In this document: in pieces, positions 17,634 to 24,955 of the stretch | How the letters are laid out: every line of letters begins with the position of its first letter | How positions within the stretch are numbered: the first letter of the stretch is position 1 | Assembly: GCA_046318155.1 (NCBI GenBank) | Contig: JBKCUU010000109.1 | Span: 1 to 28,279 of the forward strand | Direction of reading: 5' to 3' | DNA from: Bdellovibrio sp. | GTDB taxonomy: Bacteria; Bdellovibrionota; Bdellovibrionia; Bdellovibrionales; Bdellovibrionaceae | Length of the DNA: 28,279 nt | Notes under the pieces: generated by a model | Seen by the model: the letters and a program-made list of their open reading frames with translations, nothing else | Told to the model about the DNA's origin: nothing | The model's database searches: none | Made by a program: the position numbers and the translations under genes

Positions 17634-18908
17634 ATGAAAGTCCTAGTCCTAGGTCAAGGTGGCCGTGAACATGCTCTTGTGCATGCTCTCTCGAGGAGCC
17701 CTTCAATCCGAGAAATTCACGCGGCCCCCGGCAATGATGGCATGAGCCGCAAAGCCATTTGCCACCCAATTCAGTGGAAAGAAACGGACAAGATTCTTCA
17801 GCTCTGTGTGAAAAATGAAATCGACTTTGTGATTATTGGACCCGAGGACCCACTTGTCGATGGGCTCGCCGACAAATTGCGCGAGCGCGGCGTTCTTGTC
17901 GTTGGCCCCAGTGGGCACGGCGCTCGCCTCGAAGGATCAAAAATTTACTGCAAAAACTTTATGGCTGAAGCCGGCATTCCCACGGCGAGATTTAAGGTCG
18001 TACACACGGTGAGTGCAACTCTCGAAGCTGCGCGCAGCTTCACTCCGCCCTATGTTTTAAAAGCAGACGGGTTAGCGGCGGGTAAAGGCGTTTTGATTTG
18101 TCACACTCTCGAGCAGCTGCGATCGGGGGCTGAAGATTTTTTTGAAAAGCAAACTCTGGGCTTGGCTGGCACAAGCGCACTTTTAGAGCAGTTCACTCCC
18201 GGTTGGGAGCTGAGTTATTTAGTTCTGACCAACGGGCAAGATTTCCAAGCGCTACCGATCGCCCAAGATCACAAGCGTCTTTCAGACAATGATGAGGGCC
18301 CCAACACGGGAGGTATGGGAACCATCGCGCCGCTTAAAATTGATGCCGATTTGCAAAAACAAATCGATGAAAAGATCATGGGTCCTTGTTTGCGCAATTT
18401 GCAAAAGCACGGCATCGTTTACCGCGGTGTTTTGTTTATGGGCCTGATGATCACCGAGTCAGGACCCAGCTTGCTCGAGATCAATTGCCGGTTTGGTGAC
18501 CCCGAAACCCAAGTCTTGCTGCCGTTGATTGAGAATGATTTTGGTATCGTGATGAAATCGTTAGCGCAAGGGCAGCTTGTTCCGCTCAAGTTCAGGCCGA
18601 TGAGCGCGGCTTGTGTTGTGATGGCAGCTCCTGGCTATCCAAATGATCCCAAAAAAGGAGTTTTGATTCACGGCAATGTTTTTGATGAAACAGCCTCGAG
18701 CTACTTTATCGTCGCAGGCGCAAAAAAAGAACCGTCGTCAACCTGGGTCACCAATGGGGGTCGCGTGCTTTGCGCGATTGGCCTTGGTGGTGACTTGAAC
18801 GAAGCCATCAAAAATGCCTATACTCAAAAATCAAAGGCTGATTGGAATGGGCTCGTGGCCCGAACAGATATCGGAAAGAACCAACTTACCAGTCCCAACG
18901 CACGCTAA
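17634..18908 (+). CDS. purD: Phosphoribosylamine-glycine ligase
   Basis: MKVLVLGQGGREHAL, IGPEDPL, LEGSK, KADGLAAGKGV, QDHKRL...GPNTGGMG, RFGDPETQ, TNGGRVL. Confidence 0.97.
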   Translation: MKVLVLGQGGREHALVHALSRSPSIREIHAAPGNDGMSRKAICHPIQWKETDKILQLCVKNEIDFVIIGPEDPLVDGLADKLRERGVLVVGPSGHGARLEGSKIYCKNFMAEAGIPTARFKVVHTVSATLEAARSFTPPYVLKADGLAAGKGVLICHTLEQLRSGAEDFFEKQTLGLAGTSALLEQFTPGWELSYLVLTNGQDFQALPIAQDHKRLSDNDEGPNTGGMGTIAPLKIDADLQKQIDEKIMGPCLRNLQKHGIVYRGVLFMGLMITESGPSLLEINCRFGDPETQVLLPLIENDFGIVMKSLAQGQLVPLKFRPMSAACVVMAAPGYPNDPKKGVLIHGNVFDETASSYFIVAGAKKEPSSTWVTNGGRVLCAIGLGGDLNEAIKNAYTQKSKADWNGLVARTDIGKNQLTSPNAR

Positions 18909-19521
18909 CTTGAGACACACGCTCTTCGGGGCGCAGCTCATGGGACAAAATAACTTGCTGCTTTTGTGCAGTTGGCAGTTTTTCAAACAATTCAAAGGCA
19001 ACGGTCGAACTCCGAGCCCTGTAGAGAACAGCGGCGTTGGTTAAGCCCGAATACTTGAGTTCGGCCTGAGTTTGAAAGGCTTGGACTTGAAAATTAAACT
19101 TATGTTGAACTTCGTTTTTTAACTGATCACCAAAGCTAACTTCTTGCTTCATATTTTTCTCAACGTTGTCAGCCGTGCGCCCGAGCGCGCTTTCGCGAAA
19201 TTGCGGTTGGTTCATAATCGTGTTCAAGCTTTTATCGGCGATGACAGACATCACGTAGCCCGTGTCTCTTGAGGGAGTGATATTGAGTGGAATAAAGTCA
19301 CCGACTTTAAGGTCTTTTTTCTCGCTCTGGACCTGGCGGTAGTTCTCGATCAAATCGGCTGAGATCAGCGTTCCACCATCATACAAAAGAACCGAAGGAG
19401 CAGCTAAGGCTTGGACTCCGCGAGTGATCGTCGCGGGAGCACGCTCCACGCCCCGCCCAAACCCCTGGAGGGAGAAGGCGAAAACCAGCAGAAAGAGAAG
19501 GCCCAAACGAGCAGTCCGCAT
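18886..19521 (-). CDS. Hypothetical secreted protein with beta-rich C-terminus ending in Trp (ATG 19521; TTG 19545 possible)
   Basis: Signal-peptide-like N-terminus MRTARLGLLFLLVFAFSLQGFG; alternating strands in the last ~75 aa ending VSVRWDW; 23-nt convergent overlap with purD. Confidence 0.75.
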   Translation of the reverse strand: MRTARLGLLFLLVFAFSLQGFGRGVERAPATITRGVQALAAPSVLLYDGGTLISADLIENYRQVQSEKKDLKVGDFIPLNITPSRDTGYVMSVIADKSLNTIMNQPQFRESALGRTADNVEKNMKQEVSFGDQLKNEVQHKFNFQVQAFQTQAELKYSGLTNAAVLYRARSSTVAFELFEKLPTAQKQQVILSHELRPEERVSQVSVRWDW

Positions 19522-19756
19522 ACAAGGATCGAACTTCAAGTTCAAGGCCGGGCAAGCACCCCTTTAATTGCGTGACCATCCTTAAATGCCCATTGAAAGA
19601 CCTTTTGGGGACCGCCCTGTCAAAAATATCGACACCCTTAAGGCCCGGTCAGCTTCTTGCTGATGATGCGATGGGAACCCGTTGCCTGGCCCCTAAGAGG
19701 GGCTATTGCGTTTTTAACCTTTGGTGAGACCCGCAAAAAAGGGCGTTCGGAAAAAA

Positions 19757-19795
19757 GATTGACGTTAACGATTGACGCTAACGATTGACGCTAAG
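19757..19795 (+). repeat. Tandem repeat, 3 x 13 bp (GATTGACGYTAAS)
   Basis: GATTGACGTTAAC (19757), GATTGACGCTAAC (19770), GATTGACGCTAAG (19783). Confidence 0.95.
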
Positions 19796-19819
19796 GTCGG
19801 TCGTAACCAGGAGTTTGGT

Positions 19820-22078
19820 ATGAAGCCAGTTTTGAAAATCCGCAAGATGAGCTGCCTGTTGATCGCTTTGACTTTCACGGCACCTACTTTCTCAGCTTTT
19901 GCCCAGGACACTCGGCGCAGCTCCGACGGGCTCGAGTTTACCTTCCCCGCAACAGCTGGCGCCCCCACTGACGAACCCGTGACAACTTCCAACGCGGCCG
20001 CTGCTGATGTTGATTCGACTGGTGAACCCACGATTAAATTGCCACCCATGCCTCCCCGCCGAGTGAACTCTTCTCCCGGAGCGTCCACAAATCCTGTGAC
20101 TCCGCCGCGGACATCGGGAACAACCATGCGCCCCTTAGATAAAACTGCATTTCCGGGCATGAGCTGCCCATTGGTTGATAACCGTCCCCACAAAGATTTG
20201 CTCAATGCGGCTCATGCCTTGGCCCGCGTGGTTGTCGTCACTCCTGAGTGTCAGAACAATGCTGACATCGTCAAGATGTCTGAAGAAGCAAAAAAACTAG
20301 TCGCAGCCGGAACAAACCTACAAAATCTTTGGCAAAATCCCGATACCTTGACTTCCGACACCAAAGTCTTGGCCTCCTTCAATGGTGACATCAACGTGAT
20401 GATTTCGGGTTTGAACGCCATGACGGCGCAGCTTCAGCAAAACAGCTTACTGAATAGCAAGTGCGGAAAAGAGATGATGAACGGGTCGGGCGTCTTGGTT
20501 GCCGTGAGTGATTTGATTTCGTCTTTTGCTCCTTTTGCTTTGATCGGTGCCTCGATGAATCCGGCGATGGGAGCGGCTTTACCGTACATCTTAGGGTTTA
20601 CCGGTGTCGGCTCGGTTGCCAAGATCATCAAAGGAATGGCCGACGCGAACACTTTGGACATGGACAAAGTCGAGCACCGCCAAGCTGTATTGCAAAACGT
20701 TTGCGAATTTTCTAAAATTTCACAGCGCGTGCGATTCTTAAAACTGGCTCAAAGCGGTCAGCTCGAGCAAGTCACAAGCGAAATTCAAGGTCTGCGCGCG
20801 GCAACTTATTCACTTTTGCGTTCCCAGTACTCGGACCGAGTTTCTTCCATCGCCAATATTCGCACAACGACAGACCAAGGCTTAAAAAATGCCGAGGCGA
20901 CATTAAAGAAAGACACCGCTGAGCTTCAGTCCGTGACATCACAACTGGCGGGCCAAACAGATAAACATCTGATTTGCTACGCGGCTCGTGAAGTGATCGA
21001 GCGGGCGGGAGCTCAACACACCTTCCCCACTCGCGCCGTGATCAACTTGCAAAGCCTTTTGAGTAAACAGACTCAAGCGACTTTGGCACAAACGACGATT
21101 TTGCGCACCGAGGAGCGTTTGCGAGCCCGCCTGAAGGCAGGACTCAATAACGAGTCTGACAAGGGTATCGAGGAGTGCGCATCGATTGGCAAAGCCTACC
21201 TTGATGCAATGGGACGCCTCCTTGCTGGAACACGAGAAACCGTCACAAAACTAAACTCTTCACTTGAGCGCCAGCTGTCACGCGATCCTGAGTACTCGTT
21301 GTTTCGCCGGACTGAACTTGCCGCTGCTTACGAAGTTGAAGGTTTGCAAAAAGTTGCCAACATTTTGCAACAGCTCAATTTGGACAATGCCGTCATCGAC
21401 AAAATGGAACTCGACACTCAAATGTCAGGCTTAAAGCGCGCTCTGTTTGGAACGCCTTCTGGAATCCCTGTCATTCGGGGCGTGTCCCCTGCGCAAGCGT
21501 GGCTGATTTTTGTTGAAGAGCAACACGCCCGTTCGTTGCACCAGTTTAATTCCGAAATGCGGAGCCTGTTGAATGATGCTCAGCGAGTAACCCGTTCCGG
21601 GCGCATGGACTTCTTTAAGCGTGATGCCCAAGGAAACGTGATGCGCGATCGTTTTGGTCAGGCGATCCGTTTAGATCTGATGAACCAAAATCAAATGATC
21701 ATTGATGATATGCGCGCTGCCGAAGAACTTGCGCAAATCACACCGGCGATTGCACCACTTCAATCGGACAATCAAAAGGTTTTGTGCCAGCGGTTAGAAA
21801 CAATCTGGTTGGGTTGGGCCGCAACGATGGACCACCTGGCTGCGCAAGACTTTTTCTGCCAAAACATCCAGACGTTTTTTGATGCGAGCACTGAAGCCTC
21901 GTTGGTTCAAAAGTGTGTTGGTCGCCGAGATTTGAACGGCCGCATTCTGGTGCGCTCGCAAATTGCTGAGAAGCAAGCTCAGCTCGTCGCCGATGGTTCC
22001 CGAGACAAAGCTCTTTTGATCAGCAAAAAAATGAAAGAGCTTCAGTGCGAGATGCCCGACGCTTCGATTCTTCAGTAA
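19820..22078 (+). CDS. Large secreted hypothetical protein, 752 aa, helical and Cys-rich
   Basis: AGGAG RBS at 19809-19813 supports ATG 19820; signal peptide ending AFA|QD; Pro/Thr linker; internal hydrophobic segment; coiled-coil-like regions. Confidence 0.85.
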   Translation: MKPVLKIRKMSCLLIALTFTAPTFSAFAQDTRRSSDGLEFTFPATAGAPTDEPVTTSNAAAADVDSTGEPTIKLPPMPPRRVNSSPGASTNPVTPPRTSGTTMRPLDKTAFPGMSCPLVDNRPHKDLLNAAHALARVVVVTPECQNNADIVKMSEEAKKLVAAGTNLQNLWQNPDTLTSDTKVLASFNGDINVMISGLNAMTAQLQQNSLLNSKCGKEMMNGSGVLVAVSDLISSFAPFALIGASMNPAMGAALPYILGFTGVGSVAKIIKGMADANTLDMDKVEHRQAVLQNVCEFSKISQRVRFLKLAQSGQLEQVTSEIQGLRAATYSLLRSQYSDRVSSIANIRTTTDQGLKNAEATLKKDTAELQSVTSQLAGQTDKHLICYAAREVIERAGAQHTFPTRAVINLQSLLSKQTQATLAQTTILRTEERLRARLKAGLNNESDKGIEECASIGKAYLDAMGRLLAGTRETVTKLNSSLERQLSRDPEYSLFRRTELAAAYEVEGLQKVANILQQLNLDNAVIDKMELDTQMSGLKRALFGTPSGIPVIRGVSPAQAWLIFVEEQHARSLHQFNSEMRSLLNDAQRVTRSGRMDFFKRDAQGNVMRDRFGQAIRLDLMNQNQMIIDDMRAAEELAQITPAIAPLQSDNQKVLCQRLETIWLGWAATMDHLAAQDFFCQNIQTFFDASTEASLVQKCVGRRDLNGRILVRSQIAEKQAQLVADGSRDKALLISKKMKELQCEMPDASILQ

Positions 22079-22091
22079 TCGAAACTCAGGA

Positions 22092-23096
22092 TCATTCATC
22101 CAAAATGTACAGAGCGGGGTTGCGCGGAACTCCGTTCACGCGAACCTCGTAATGCAAGTGAGGGCCGGTTGATCGGCCCGTGTTTCCGACCGAAGCGATG
22201 ACATCGTACCTGGCGACCTTCTGACCCACTTGAACATAAACCTGAGCACAGTGACCATAGCGTGTCGTCACACCGTAGCCGTGATCAATCGTAACCATCT
22301 TGCCATAGCTTTCATCGTATCCAGCATACGTCACAATTCCATCAGCTGGTGCATAAATGGGTGAGCCGGGTGCCGCCGCGATATCAAGCCCCGCATGGAG
22401 CGCCGCTCGCCCCGTAAAAGGCGACACGCGGTAACCAAATCGCGACGTGAACCACCCCCGAGCCGGGCGGATATTAGGGGTTGAAGTCAGCAAACTTTGT
22501 CGTTCCGAGAGCGACTCCCAAAGATCCAGGACACTTTGTTCCCGCAAACTGGATTCGCGCAAAGCCTTGTCGATCCGAATCGCCAGCGTCTGATAATCTT
22601 TTCCGGTTTCGGTCGCCAATTCACCGCGGTTTTCATTGAGCGGGCGCTTGGCCAAGAATTCTTCATCTTGTTTTGCGAGCTCTTCCATCGAAACCCGATC
22701 TTCCATCGGTTGATCCATCTCTTGCACAGCCTGATTTGGAGCTGGATTCGGGCCCATGGCTAAATTCATCGATCGGTCTTCACCATCAATATTAGTGATC
22801 AATTTTAGCTTTGTTGTAAAAGTACGAACGCGCTCAAGGCTGCCCTCAAGTGCTGAGAGCTTTCCTTCGACGACTTGAAATTGCTTGAGCAGCTGTGCAT
22901 TCTCGGTGCGTAAACGTTTGTTCTCGATGGATTGAACGAGCAGACCGCCGTAATCAACGACGCCGGCAACAAAAGCCAAGAGTAAAACGCCCGCAAGAAA
23001 AAGGGCGCCTTTAGCCCAGGCACTTGACAGAACAACCTTACGGGTTGGCCCGGCATCGTTGGTGACCACAAAGAGTGTAATCTTTTTCTTTTCCAT
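22092..23096 (-). CDS. Membrane-anchored M23 family metallopeptidase
   Basis: TM helix, coiled coil, HAGLD (HxxxD), TRYGH, GNTGRSTGPHLHYEV (HxH). Confidence 0.95.
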   Translation of the reverse strand: MEKKKITLFVVTNDAGPTRKVVLSSAWAKGALFLAGVLLLAFVAGVVDYGGLLVQSIENKRLRTENAQLLKQFQVVEGKLSALEGSLERVRTFTTKLKLITNIDGEDRSMNLAMGPNPAPNQAVQEMDQPMEDRVSMEELAKQDEEFLAKRPLNENRGELATETGKDYQTLAIRIDKALRESSLREQSVLDLWESLSERQSLLTSTPNIRPARGWFTSRFGYRVSPFTGRAALHAGLDIAAAPGSPIYAPADGIVTYAGYDESYGKMVTIDHGYGVTTRYGHCAQVYVQVGQKVARYDVIASVGNTGRSTGPHLHYEVRVNGVPRNPALYILDE

Positions 23097-23099
23097 GCT

Positions 23100-23822
23100 T
23101 TAAGTCACCGACAATAGCAGGACAGTGACATTGTCATCGCCCCCGTTGGCAAGTGCTTGCTCAACGCATTTATCAACGACCTGATCGAGCGGCGTTGTAT
23201 TGATGATCTCAGCAATTTTGACATCCGGCACAAGCCCACTCAGCCCGTCCGAGCAGAGCAAAAAGCAGTCACCCGACTTCAGGGGACGTTCTAAAATATC
23301 CACCATCACATCTCGCTCATAACCCACACTGCGGGTAATCACATTGCGGCCCACAAATTGCCGGACTTGATCCTCACGGATAAGACCGGCTCGAATTTGT
23401 TCGTTCAACAAAGAGTGATCTTCGGTCAGTTGCCAAAAGTGGGGGCGTCTAAATAGATACGCGCGCGAATCTCCGACGTTGCCGATAAACATACTGGGCC
23501 CGCTGCAGTAAAGCATGACCATAGTCGTGCCCATACCGGCCAGCTGCGGATCTTGCTTCGCGGCTCGGTCGTAAATGCGGTGACAAGATTCTTCGTAAAT
23601 CTTGAGAACTGTTTCGCGCGGACCTAGACCCGAAGAGCGCAACGTTCGCACCACTTCTTCGCAAACTGTGACAGCCATCGAAGAGGCCACTTCACCGCCT
23701 GAATGCCCGCCCATACCATCTGCCACAATGAACAGACCAAGGTCGCGATTGACCAAGAACGAGTCTTGATTTGATTCGCGCCGAAGCCCCTTATCTGTCT
23801 TGCACCACACGTCTATTTGCAT
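23100..23822 (-). CDS. PP2C-type Ser/Thr phosphatase (Stp1/PrpC family)
   Basis: RRESNQD, VADGMGGH, GMGTT, NVGDSRAY, TEDHS, LLCSDGL, GGDDNVT. Confidence 0.96.
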   Translation of the reverse strand: MQIDVWCKTDKGLRRESNQDSFLVNRDLGLFIVADGMGGHSGGEVASSMAVTVCEEVVRTLRSSGLGPRETVLKIYEESCHRIYDRAAKQDPQLAGMGTTMVMLYCSGPSMFIGNVGDSRAYLFRRPHFWQLTEDHSLLNEQIRAGLIREDQVRQFVGRNVITRSVGYERDVMVDILERPLKSGDCFLLCSDGLSGLVPDVKIAEIINTTPLDQVVDKCVEQALANGGDDNVTVLLLSVT

Positions 23823-23934
23823 ATGCCCAAGAGTCTATCGGGCCCAGTCCCGCCAGCCAAGAAAAATGGGCAAGAAAAGTCATTAAAACTCTGTCGGGAC
23901 CTCGAGCAAAAACTAAAACCGTCCGAAATAAGTC

Positions 23935-24909
23935 ATGATGAAAACATTTGGACGAAAATGGAAACTCCGGCACTTCTTTTTTGTCTCTCTCGCCGTCCAT
24001 GCGCTCTGTGTTCTCACCCTTGCGATCAGTTACTTTTTTGATCAGCAAAAGCCCATCATGCAAACGGTCCAACTTGAAATTTTTGACCCCGCAGCAGCTC
24101 CTGAAAACAAGGAAGCTCTTGATAAAAAAATTAAAGATAACGAACAGAGATCAAAGAACCAAGTCGTCGAGCAAGACGAAAAAGCGCTCAACGAAGAGAC
24201 GCCTGATGACGCCCGTTTTTTAGGCCGTCACAACCAAGTTGTTAAAAAGCAAACCGTGGCTCAAGCGCGCGGTGAGTTTCAGAACAAACAATCCAAAGAA
24301 ATAAAATACGGTGCAGAGGGCGAAGCCAAATCCGCCAGCAAAGGCCTGGATCTAAAGCCCAGCTTCAACATTGTGAAGTCGGTGCAAGACCGCGCAGCAA
24401 AAGAGGCCGCGTATGAAAAAGCCGCTGAAGATGGCACCTTTCCCTTACAGCAACAGGTCGAGAACGCAAAAAAGCAAGAAGACAGTAGACATGCCGCGAG
24501 CAAAGGCGCCGATGTCAGCCAGTCGCTGGATTACATCAAAGACTTGGACTCGGGCCTGGAAACCCTGCTGAGCACCAAAGAGTTTGTGTATTACTCGTAC
24601 TTCAATCGGATCCGCGCCCAGCTCAATCAATATTGGTCGGATAAGGTTCGCCAAAAACTGTCAGAAATGTATAAAAAAGGCCGCATGATTGCTTCGAGCG
24701 ATGACAAAGTGACCAGATGCCTGATCACACTCGACCAGTCCGGTCGGCTCATCAAAATCCAAATCATTGGTGACTCCGGTGTCAGGGAACTCGATGAAGC
24801 AGCCGTTGAAGCCTTCCGATCTGCTGCGCCGTTTCCTAACCCTCCAAAGGGGATGATGGATGAGGATGGGAACATCAAAATCCGCTGGGATTTCATTCTT
24901 GAAGCCTAA
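23935..24909 (+). CDS. TonB-family energy transducer-like protein
   Basis: TM with SLAVHA (S-x3-H), charged linker, C-terminal YYSYFNRIR...ITLDQSG...SGVRELDEAAVEAFRSAAPFPNPP. Confidence 0.88.
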   Translation: MMKTFGRKWKLRHFFFVSLAVHALCVLTLAISYFFDQQKPIMQTVQLEIFDPAAAPENKEALDKKIKDNEQRSKNQVVEQDEKALNEETPDDARFLGRHNQVVKKQTVAQARGEFQNKQSKEIKYGAEGEAKSASKGLDLKPSFNIVKSVQDRAAKEAAYEKAAEDGTFPLQQQVENAKKQEDSRHAASKGADVSQSLDYIKDLDSGLETLLSTKEFVYYSYFNRIRAQLNQYWSDKVRQKLSEMYKKGRMIASSDDKVTRCLITLDQSGRLIKIQIIGDSGVRELDEAAVEAFRSAAPFPNPPKGMMDEDGNIKIRWDFILEA

Positions 24910-24955
24910 GGCTCAGTAGAGTAATTATTCGGTCTTGTCAGATTGGAGACCACCC

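Noticed and set aside
17545..17769. 75-aa extension of the thiolase
   Set aside because: Overlaps purD; RBS and family alignment support ATG 17544.
19660..19690. Hammerhead ribozyme (CTGATGA followed by a stem)
   Set aside because: The required GAAA after stem II is absent (CTGG instead) and stems I/III cannot be built.
19757..19819. Mini-CRISPR, or TTG start at 19772
   Set aside because: Repeats are 13 bp, contiguous, spacer-less and have no cas genes nearby; the AGGAG RBS supports ATG 19820.
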